Assembly: GCA_963695045.1 (NCBI GenBank)
Contig: CAVOFW010000002.1
Coordinates: forward strand, 1 to 24,000
Length of the DNA: 24,000 nucleotides
Direction: 5' to 3'
DNA from: an uncultured Actinomycetota bacterium
GTDB taxonomy: Bacteria > Actinomycetota > Actinomycetes > Mycobacteriales > Nakamurellaceae
This document shows, in pieces, positions 8,870 to 15,913 of the stretch. The notes below the pieces were generated by a model that was not told the DNA's origin, searched no databases, and worked only from the letters and a program-made list of their open reading frames with translations. Within the stretch, counting starts at the first letter, position 1. Each line of letters begins with the position of its first letter. The translations under genes were made by a program, and so were the position numbers.

Positions 8870-8985
8870 ATGTTCCGGATGCGCAGGTACCGCTGCAGGT
8901 CCGATCTGGACGAGATCAGCACGACGGCCGCGCCGACGGCGGCGGCTATCGCGGCGAGGGTGGTGAACACGCCAATGGCTCTCAT
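8866..8985 (-). CDS. 39-aa single-pass membrane peptide with a basic RYLRIRNM tail
   Basis: MRAIGVFTTLAAIAAAVGAAVVLISSRSDLQRYLRIRNM. The ATG overlaps the upstream stop (ATGA, 8982-8985) and AAGGAG sits 8 nt upstream. Its own stop overlaps the protease GTG. The remainder of the 155-aa track ORF is Arg/Pro junk overlapping the upstream gene. Confidence 0.6.
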   Translation of the reverse strand: MRAIGVFTTLAAIAAAVGAAVVLISSRSDLQRYLRIRNM

Positions 8986-10460
8986 GACTGGTTCTCCTTG
9001 CTCCGGTTGGGGTGGGCGCGGTCGGCGGCCGGGTCGGTCACGGCGGTGTCGAGCGGTTGCAGTTCTTCGGGCGCGAAGTACAGGTACCGGCCATACCACT
9101 CGTGCAGGTCGGCGGCCGGATCGTCGTCGAGGACGACGGCCACATGGGTGTTGTCGTCGACGTCCGAGTACACCGAGGTCACGCGAGCCTGCTGCCCGGC
9201 GTAGAACAAGTCTTGGGCGTCGGCGCGGCGGCTCGGCTGGAGCCGGACAATACTGCCCTTGGCCACCCGGACCCCGCTGATGATCACCGAGTCGGTCGTC
9301 GGGGAAACCGACGCATCGACGCCCGGGTCCCACCAGGGAGCATCGGGGGTGGCAAAGACCGGAATCTCCGAATCGCTGAAAGTCTCAGCATTCCAACGAT
9401 TCCCGAGCTCGTCCGGATCAGTGGCCCATTCGGCATCGGCAGCGCCGTCCCAGGCACGCGGGTCCCGCAGGGCGCCGTGCAGCCGGCCCAACGCCTCGGG
9501 CGTCATTGCTTCGCACCGGTCGATGATGGCGGCAGCGGCGGGGTCGGTAGCACGCGCGGCCGCCTTCTCCGCATCCGTCAGCGTCATTACCCGAAGCGTC
9601 AGGATCTCGTCGATCTCGGTGGAATCGAACAGCGCACCGGCACTCTCCGGGGCGACCGCCGGGTAGTCGTAGAGGATGATCGGCGAGGCGAGCACGACGT
9701 TGGTGTCGCCGGGGGCGCCGGCCAGCACGGGGTAGCAGCGCGACTGGTGGCAGCCCTTCGCCGCGGCCTCGTCTGCTGTCGATGGCTCTAACAAGGACAC
9801 GAAGGATCCCGCGTCAGCCTCGAGCAACAGGTGCGCGCCGAGGAACGAGACCGCGGTGGCCTCGTCGCGATCGCGCACCAGATCTGGGTGGGTGTTGCAC
9901 ACCGTGCAGGTCAGCCTGAGTGTCGCGGTCGGCGCCGTGCCGGTCGGTTCGGCGCGAACTGTGAAGGTTCCGCTCAATGCGCCGCGGGTACGGACCGTCC
10001 GGCCGATGGTGGATCCGGCTGCATCCGTCACGATGACGGTATCCACCGCCGACTGCACAACGACCGGTAGTTCCTGGCCGGCGAACAGCGCGGTCAGGTC
10101 AAAGGGACCGAAGGTCATTTCGCACGCCGTGGCCTCGTCGAACGACACCAGAGTTTCCTCGCCCGCCAACAGACTGTCGACCGGGCGGAAGGCGCCACCG
10201 GTTGCCTGCTCGATCTGCCGGCGCACAAGGTGCAGAAACCGCAGGGTGATCCGCACACGCGCCTGCGGCGTTGGTCGCACCAGGCACTCGCAGCGCATGA
10301 CCGGATCCTCGGCGATGCCGCTCAATGCCACCACGGGCGGCCCGAGAACGCCGAACTGCCAACGAATCTGGTTCTTCGAGGAGCGGGCCCCGTAGGGATA
10401 GAGCAGGTAACCCTCCCACAGCACGGCGTCGGCAATGGTCCGCGCCAGGTCGAGGCTCAT
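8982..10460 (-). CDS. Uncharacterised 492-aa hydrogenase-cluster protein
   Basis: I chose the ATG at 10460 (MSLDLARTIADAVLWEGYLLYPYG...) because it overlaps the upstream stop as ATGA. The 175 aa upstream in the track ORF are Arg/Pro-rich and overlap the preceding gene. No motif I can assign. Confidence 0.75.
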   Translation of the reverse strand: MSLDLARTIADAVLWEGYLLYPYGARSSKNQIRWQFGVLGPPVVALSGIAEDPVMRCECLVRPTPQARVRITLRFLHLVRRQIEQATGGAFRPVDSLLAGEETLVSFDEATACEMTFGPFDLTALFAGQELPVVVQSAVDTVIVTDAAGSTIGRTVRTRGALSGTFTVRAEPTGTAPTATLRLTCTVCNTHPDLVRDRDEATAVSFLGAHLLLEADAGSFVSLLEPSTADEAAAKGCHQSRCYPVLAGAPGDTNVVLASPIILYDYPAVAPESAGALFDSTEIDEILTLRVMTLTDAEKAAARATDPAAAAIIDRCEAMTPEALGRLHGALRDPRAWDGAADAEWATDPDELGNRWNAETFSDSEIPVFATPDAPWWDPGVDASVSPTTDSVIISGVRVAKGSIVRLQPSRRADAQDLFYAGQQARVTSVYSDVDDNTHVAVVLDDDPAADLHEWYGRYLYFAPEELQPLDTAVTDPAADRAHPNRSKENQS

Positions 10461-11104
10461 GGCGGCAACTCCGCCGAGTCCAGCCCCGCCTTCGAGAGCA
10501 TGGCAGCGAACGTCTCCTCCCAGCTGGTCTGGCCGAGGTCCGCCCGAACCCTGACCAGCGCATCCAGCGTGTCGCGGTGCAGCCGGATCCACCCGGTCTC
10601 GGGGAAATACAGATCCATCGCGTCGCGCCAGACCCCGATCGGCATCCGGTAGGTCTGGTCGGTGTCCCAGTGGATCTGTTGGATCTGAAAACCGTTGGCC
10701 CCCCGCAGGAAGGCGGTTCCGGAGAACATCAGCGAGAGGTGAATGTCGCCGTCCCGAACGGCGTGCAGGTACTTCGTGGCTGCCACCTCGAAGTCGTAGG
10801 TGAGGGCCAGCGGCAGGGTGGCCTCGGTGTCGCCGGTGAAGCCCGGGACCATGGTCGAGGTGTGCATCCACAGCAACGGGCGGAGGGTGTCGTTCCAGCG
10901 GATGCGTTCGCCGAACAGGTCCCGCAGGCCGGCGGCCTCGGTGGGGTCGTATCCGCGGCGTTGTGGGTCGATCCGCACCTGGCAACGCAAGGCGATTGCA
11001 TTCACTGGGTCGCCGGTGGTTTCGGTGATCCGGACATGAAGCGAAAGAGTCGGGGTCGCGGCGTACGGCTCGACGTCGATACCACTGACCGCGAAACCGA
11101 TCAT
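10457..11104 (-). CDS. Uncharacterised 215-aa hydrogenase-cluster protein (possibly DUF6084; unverified)
   Basis: The ATG at 11104 (MIGFAVSGIDVEPYAATPTLSLHVRITE...) overlaps the upstream stop as ATGA. The translation has a balanced, non-junk composition. Confidence 0.75.
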   Translation of the reverse strand: MIGFAVSGIDVEPYAATPTLSLHVRITETTGDPVNAIALRCQVRIDPQRRGYDPTEAAGLRDLFGERIRWNDTLRPLLWMHTSTMVPGFTGDTEATLPLALTYDFEVAATKYLHAVRDGDIHLSLMFSGTAFLRGANGFQIQQIHWDTDQTYRMPIGVWRDAMDLYFPETGWIRLHRDTLDALVRVRADLGQTSWEETFAAMLSKAGLDSAELPP

Positions 11105-11775
11105 CGGCTCGGCGCCGGTGTGGTGGTGACTTCCGGTGCGACCCGGCAGCGCTTTCGAACGGCGGCGAAGTACTCGTCGATCACTGCCCGTGCTTCGGTA
11201 CCGCCGTCGAAGCCGCGCCACACCTGACGGAGCCGCCCGATCAACTCGTAGCAGCTGTCGATCGGCACCAGATAGCACTGGTAGCCCTCGCCGGAACGCA
11301 CCGGCGCGCGGAGCAGCAGCGCTTCGATGTCTGGCAGTAACGCTCGCAGGGCGGGGTTTTCGGCCACCACCCGGTCCCAGGCGGTCAGCGGCAGGGTCGA
11401 TTCGGTGGCCCCGGCGGGTCCCGGGTAGAACGCGGAGATGCCGTCCAAGGCGGAGTTCTGAAAGACGAATACCAGCCCGACCGGAATTTCCAGGTCATCC
11501 CAATGGCCCGGTCCGAGGCGGAAGTCCGGGAAACTCAGGTACCGGTCCGGCACGGCGCGAAATTTCAGCGTTGCGCGTTCCGCCGTGAACAGCAAGTAGC
11601 ACGGTCGGCATGCGCACAGCAGGCTCCGCTGTTCGGTATTGACGACGTGCTGGTGTTTTGCATCGATCGACCCGCCGCACATCTCACAGCGGGGGCCATC
11701 CGCCGATGGTCTTCGGCTCTTGCTGATCCGCGCGATGACATCGAGCGGATTGCCACGGGGCTGGCCGGTGGTCAC
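11101..11775 (-). CDS. Uncharacterised 224-aa Cys/His-motif protein (possibly DUF5947; unverified)
   Basis: The GTG at 11775 overlaps the hhyE stop (GTGA). It contains CEMCG-x6-HQH-x10-CACRPC (nt 11599-11688), a candidate metal site. Confidence 0.75.
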   Translation of the reverse strand: MTTGQPRGNPLDVIARISKSRRPSADGPRCEMCGGSIDAKHQHVVNTEQRSLLCACRPCYLLFTAERATLKFRAVPDRYLSFPDFRLGPGHWDDLEIPVGLVFVFQNSALDGISAFYPGPAGATESTLPLTAWDRVVAENPALRALLPDIEALLLRAPVRSGEGYQCYLVPIDSCYELIGRLRQVWRGFDGGTEARAVIDEYFAAVRKRCRVAPEVTTTPAPSR

Positions 11776-12791
11776 CGCACCCCCATGGGCTGAATCTGCG
11801 ACGTAACATGTTGTGGGACAGCCACTTCGACCCGCCCGGCCCGGGCCAGCAACGGCAGTGGATCGAGGTGCAGCCCGGGTAGGTCGATTGCGGCGCCGGC
11901 CGCTCGAACGTCGTAGTGGGTGCGGCACGCCGGGCATGTCAGCACGGCGCCACCGGTACCGGCGCCGAGCCTGCGTTCCAGTCGCGCGGACGCCAGTCCG
12001 CCGCCGCAGGAGGCGCAGCTATCCCGGAAGGCCAGCAGGTCGGCACCGTTGCGACAGATGATGATCGGCAATTCACTGACGATGACGCCCCGAACTTCGG
12101 CCGGGGCAAGATCGTTGATGCCCGGGACGGTTGCCCATCCCGCAGACAGCGGCGGATCGACAGCGGGCGCGGGAGCCGTTGCGGCACCTGCGGATGCGTG
12201 CGGCACCACCGCCAACGGGAGCAGGCCGCGGCCCGGTGGCGCCACCGGCCTCGCGGTGGGGGACTGCACGTCAAATCCGGTGATTTCGGGTGCTGCTTGC
12301 GAAATGGCGTCTTCGATGGCCAACGACATGGTCGCGGCGGATGATGAGCAACCGTCGCAACTGCCGAGCAGTCGCAACCGGACGACGCCCTCGTCGGTGA
12401 TACCCAGCAATTCGACGTCACCGGCGTGCGAGCCCAGATAGGGCCGCACTGAGTCCAACGCCCGTTCCACCCGCGCCGTGACGTCCTCAGGATGCAGGTC
12501 GTGAATGAGGAGCAGACTGGCGACCAGATCGTCATCGGCCATCGCGCCGAGCACATCGTCGGTCAGTGCACCCCGCTCGTCCAGGATCTCCATCATCCGC
12601 AGCAGACCGGCGCCGTAGAGCCCAGACAGCAGGCGGATCAGTTCTTCGGCCCGTTCCCGAGCCACTGTCCCGCCGGAAGAGCTGGCCTCCAAAAGGGTCT
12701 CGAGGCGGTCGCCGACCTGACGCAGGTCAAGGTGCGGCGCGGTCTCGCCCGGAACCTCGGCAGTCGGTAATGCCGTCGACGGAACCGGCAC
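11772..12791 (-). CDS. hhyE: Putative Fe-S protein HhyE: NifU-like domain fused to a Rieske-fold-like C-terminal domain
   Basis: 339 aa. GTG 12791 is preceded by AAAGGAGG. The NifU C-terminal-type motif is LLGSCDGCSSSAATM. The C-terminal domain has CASCGG ... CPACRTH. Its position directly after hhyL matches M. smegmatis MSMEG_2718 as I recall it. Confidence 0.8.
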   Translation of the reverse strand: MPVPSTALPTAEVPGETAPHLDLRQVGDRLETLLEASSSGGTVARERAEELIRLLSGLYGAGLLRMMEILDERGALTDDVLGAMADDDLVASLLLIHDLHPEDVTARVERALDSVRPYLGSHAGDVELLGITDEGVVRLRLLGSCDGCSSSAATMSLAIEDAISQAAPEITGFDVQSPTARPVAPPGRGLLPLAVVPHASAGAATAPAPAVDPPLSAGWATVPGINDLAPAEVRGVIVSELPIIICRNGADLLAFRDSCASCGGGLASARLERRLGAGTGGAVLTCPACRTHYDVRAAGAAIDLPGLHLDPLPLLARAGRVEVAVPQHVTSQIQPMGVR

Positions 12792-12846
12792 GGTCCCTCC
12801 TTTCGCGGTCTGCGAACTGCGCTAGCGCAAGCAAAGTCCCTACCTT

Positions 12847-14640
12847 TCAGGAGGTCCCGGCGGATTGAGTTGGTGAATGCACCGTTTCGATGGTCTTTCC
12901 CTCACCGAGGTACATGTGCACTCCACAGGGCAGACACGGGTCGAAACTCCTGACCGTGCGCATGATGTCGATTCCCTTGAAATGGTCCCGGTCGTTCTCT
13001 TCGAAGATCGGCTGGCCCTGCACGGCGTCCTCGTAGGGCCCGGGGGTGCCGAAGGAGTCTCGCGGGTTGGCGTTCCAGGGCGTGGGCGGGTACGGGTGGT
13101 AGTTGGCGATCTTGCCATCCCGGATCACCATGTGATGGCTGAGCACGCCGCGCACAGCCTCGGTGAATCCGCAGCCGACGGCCTCGTCCGGCACGTCGAA
13201 AGGCTCCCAGGTCTTGGTGCGGCCCGCGCGGATCTCCACCAGGGCCTTCTCGGCAAAATGCAATGCGGCGGCCGCGGCGTAGGCCTGGAAATAGGTCCGC
13301 GCGCGGTTCCGCTCGATGGTGTTGCTCCACTGCGGGATCTTCCACTCCAGTTCGACCGGTCCCTTGAGGGCGGTCTTGGGCAGGTTGATCTTCACGCTGT
13401 GCCCGGTGGACTGCACATAGCCGATGTCAACCAGGCGGGCCAGTGCCGTCGACCACAGTCTGGCCAGCGGCCCACCACCGGTGTCCAGGGCCAGATGATC
13501 GGTGCCGTCGAACCAGCGCGGCGACATCACCCAGGAGTACTTGTCGTCCATGTTGCGCTTCTGCGGGTGCGGGTTGGTGTGCTGGTTCCATGGATGCCGT
13601 CGGTCCACCGGGTTGCCCAGCGGATCGCGCGCGACGAACATCTCCTGGCCCTCCCAGTCGTCGTAATACGAGCTGCCGAGCAGGATTCGGATGCCGAGAT
13701 TGATCTCGACAAGGTCGGTGGTGACCAGCTTGCCGTCCACGACGACGCCAGGGGTGACGAACATCGCCCGGCCCCACTTGGTCATGTCCTTGTAGGCGAA
13801 GTTGCAGACCTCCGGATCCTGGAACGAGCCCCAACAGCCCAACAGAGTGCGCCGGATGCCGACTTGCTCGTACCCGGGCAACGCTTCGTAGAAGAAGTCG
13901 AAGAGGTCGTCATGCATCGGCACGACCTTTTTCATGAATTCCACGTAGCGCGTGAGCCGGGTGATGTAGTCAGTCATCAGCTGGATGGTCGCGACCGTGC
14001 CGACGCCGCCGGGATACAGCGTGGAGGGGTGCACGTGCCGGCCCTCCATCAGGCAGAACATCTCCCTGGTCGACCGGCTGACCTGCAGAGCCTCGCGGTA
14101 GAACTCGCCGGTGAACGGGTTGAGCGACCGCATGATGTCGCCGATGGTTTTGTACCCGTGCTGGCCCCAGTGCGGCGCTTCGGTCCGGTTCGCTTTCTCC
14201 AGCACGGCCGGATTGGTCTCCGACACCATCCGCTCGCAGTAGTCGACGCCGACCAGGTTCTCCTGGAAGATGTTGTGGTCGAACATGTATTCCGCAGCTT
14301 CGCCGAGATTGACGATCCACTCGCCGAGATGCGGCGGCTTCACCCCGTAGGCCATGTTCTGCGCATAACAGGAGCAGGTGGCGTGATTGTCGCCGCAGAT
14401 ACCGCAGATTCGGCTGGTGATGAAATGCGCGTCCCGGGGGTCCTTGCCCTTCATGAAGATCGAATAGCCGCGGAAGATCGACGAGGTGCTGTGACACTCG
14501 GCGACGACCTTCTGCTTGAAGTCGATCTTGGTGTAGATGCCGAGCGACCCGACGATCCGGGTGATCGGGTCCCACGACATCTCGACCAGGTCGGCGGGAT
14601 CGGTCTCGCTGCGATGTGCTGCTGGCTTCGTGGAGGTCAT
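12847..14640 (-). CDS. hhyL: [NiFe]-hydrogenase large subunit, group 1h/5 (high-affinity, actinobacterial type)
   Basis: N-terminal metal motif TSRICGICGDNH (Cys codons at 14404-14406 and 14395-14397). C-terminal motif SFDPCLPCGVH is followed by a 22-aa cleavable tail. ATG 14640 chosen; GTG 14730 is an alternative start. Confidence 0.95.
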   Translation of the reverse strand: MTSTKPAAHRSETDPADLVEMSWDPITRIVGSLGIYTKIDFKQKVVAECHSTSSIFRGYSIFMKGKDPRDAHFITSRICGICGDNHATCSCYAQNMAYGVKPPHLGEWIVNLGEAAEYMFDHNIFQENLVGVDYCERMVSETNPAVLEKANRTEAPHWGQHGYKTIGDIMRSLNPFTGEFYREALQVSRSTREMFCLMEGRHVHPSTLYPGGVGTVATIQLMTDYITRLTRYVEFMKKVVPMHDDLFDFFYEALPGYEQVGIRRTLLGCWGSFQDPEVCNFAYKDMTKWGRAMFVTPGVVVDGKLVTTDLVEINLGIRILLGSSYYDDWEGQEMFVARDPLGNPVDRRHPWNQHTNPHPQKRNMDDKYSWVMSPRWFDGTDHLALDTGGGPLARLWSTALARLVDIGYVQSTGHSVKINLPKTALKGPVELEWKIPQWSNTIERNRARTYFQAYAAAAALHFAEKALVEIRAGRTKTWEPFDVPDEAVGCGFTEAVRGVLSHHMVIRDGKIANYHPYPPTPWNANPRDSFGTPGPYEDAVQGQPIFEENDRDHFKGIDIMRTVRSFDPCLPCGVHMYLGEGKTIETVHSPTQSAGTS

Positions 14641-14693
14641 CGTCCTGACTTTCTGCGGAGCTCCGAGGCGAACGCGTGAATACTGGGACGTGC

Positions 14694-14724
14694 CCGTCCG
14701 TGGCCCGGTGCCGGCCGCGGACGG
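14694..14724 (-). promoter_or_regulatory. GC-rich stem-loop in the hhyS-hhyL spacer
   Basis: ccgtccg (14694-14700) pairs with cggacgg (14718-14724). Inner pairs continue (14701-14707 with 14711-14717, one mismatch, one G-U) around a 3-nt loop. Confidence 0.5.
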
Positions 14725-14769
14725 CGTCACACTGGCGGCAGGCCGAGCGGCGTGACTCGCTTGCGTGAT

Positions 14770-15825
14770 TTACCAGGTCCTGGTGGCACCGGTCGTCAGG
14801 GTTCCGCCGGGGTGGCGCCACTTCGGTTCCTTGTTCAGGGTCTTCACGGTCACCTTGCGCAGGGTTCGGATTGCCGAGCCGTACAGCCCGACGGCCGTCG
14901 TCGAGAGTTTGCCGCCCGGTGGTTCGTCCATGAACGGCATGAACTTGTCGGGGAAACCGGGCATCGTGCAGCCGATGCAGATACCGCCGACGTTCGGGCA
15001 GCCACCAACACCGTTGATCCAGCCGCGTTTGGGCACATTGCATTTCACAACTGGACCCCAACAGCCCAGCTTGACGATGCACTTGTGCGACCCATACTCG
15101 ATGGCGAAATCGCCCTGCTCGTAATAGCCGGCGCGGTCGCAGCCCTCGTGCACAGTCTGGCCGAACAACCAGGTGGGGCGCAGCTCATCATCGAGCGGAA
15201 TCATCGGCGCCTGGCCGGTAGCCTGATAGAGCAGGTAGGTGATCGTCTCCGAGAGATTGTCCGGTTGCACGGGGCACCCCGGTACACAGACAATCGGAAG
15301 TCCGGCCTTGGACTTCCACTTCCAACCAAGGTAGTCCGGCACGCCCATCGCCCCGGTGGGATTGCCGGCCATCGCATGGATGCCGCCGTAGGTGGCGCAG
15401 GTACCCACTGCCAGCACGGCCAATGCCTTGGGCGCCAACCGGTCGAGCCATTCACTGGTGGTCACGGGTTGGCCGGTGGCAGGGTCGTTGCCGAACCCGG
15501 ACCAGTAGCCTTCGGCGTGCAGCTTCTCGTTGGGAATCGAGCCCTCGACCACGAGGACGAATGGTTCCAGTTCGCCACGATCGGCCTTCCAGAACCATTC
15601 CAGGAAGTCGTCCGCACCACCTGCCGGACCGCATTCGAAGTCGATGAGCGGCCAGTGCACGGCGATATTGGGTAGGCCGGGCAGGGCGCCGAGCGCGATT
15701 TCCTCGATGCTCGGCTGGGTCGCGGCGGTGAGCGCGACGGAGTCGCCGTCACAACTCAATCCCGCATTGATCCACAGGACGTGGATCAATGTCTCCTCGG
15801 CGCGTTTCGCTTCTTCTGTGAGCAT
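14770..15825 (-). CDS. hhyS: [NiFe]-hydrogenase small subunit, group 1h/5, no Tat leader
   Basis: 351 aa. LWINAGLSCDGDS has Asp where the canonical CxGC has its second Cys. Also GTCATYGG, CVPGCP and CIGCTMPGFPD. The N-terminus lacks an RRxF twin-arginine motif. Confidence 0.95.
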   Translation of the reverse strand: MLTEEAKRAEETLIHVLWINAGLSCDGDSVALTAATQPSIEEIALGALPGLPNIAVHWPLIDFECGPAGGADDFLEWFWKADRGELEPFVLVVEGSIPNEKLHAEGYWSGFGNDPATGQPVTTSEWLDRLAPKALAVLAVGTCATYGGIHAMAGNPTGAMGVPDYLGWKWKSKAGLPIVCVPGCPVQPDNLSETITYLLYQATGQAPMIPLDDELRPTWLFGQTVHEGCDRAGYYEQGDFAIEYGSHKCIVKLGCWGPVVKCNVPKRGWINGVGGCPNVGGICIGCTMPGFPDKFMPFMDEPPGGKLSTTAVGLYGSAIRTLRKVTVKTLNKEPKWRHPGGTLTTGATRTW

Positions 15826-15843
15826 GCATCACCCCGGTGCGTC

Positions 15844-15863
15844 GGGTCTGCGGCGGGAGACCC
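15844..15863 (-). promoter_or_regulatory. Hairpin in the hypB-hhyS spacer
   Basis: gggtct (15844-15849) pairs with agaccc (15858-15863) around an 8-nt loop. It sits in the 88-bp gap, about 20 nt upstream of the hhyS start. Confidence 0.45.
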
Positions 15864-15913
15864 AATCACGTCGTCGTTGCCGGCAGAGTCGGCGTGTGCG
15901 GCGCATCACATTC

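Noticed and set aside
10461-10985. The 175-aa N-terminal extension of track ORF 8982-10985. Similar extensions occur on 10457-11278, 11101-11937 and 8866-9333.
   Set aside because: The extensions are Arg/Pro-rich and fully overlap the upstream gene. Internal starts that give ATGA/GTGA overlaps with the upstream stop yield clean protein-like N-termini.
14770-15825. A periplasmic, Tat-exported uptake hydrogenase (group 1a-f) with a missing cytochrome b.
   Set aside because: There is no twin-arginine leader on the small subunit. The large-subunit motifs and the CDGD small-subunit motif fit the cytosolic 1h/5 class instead.
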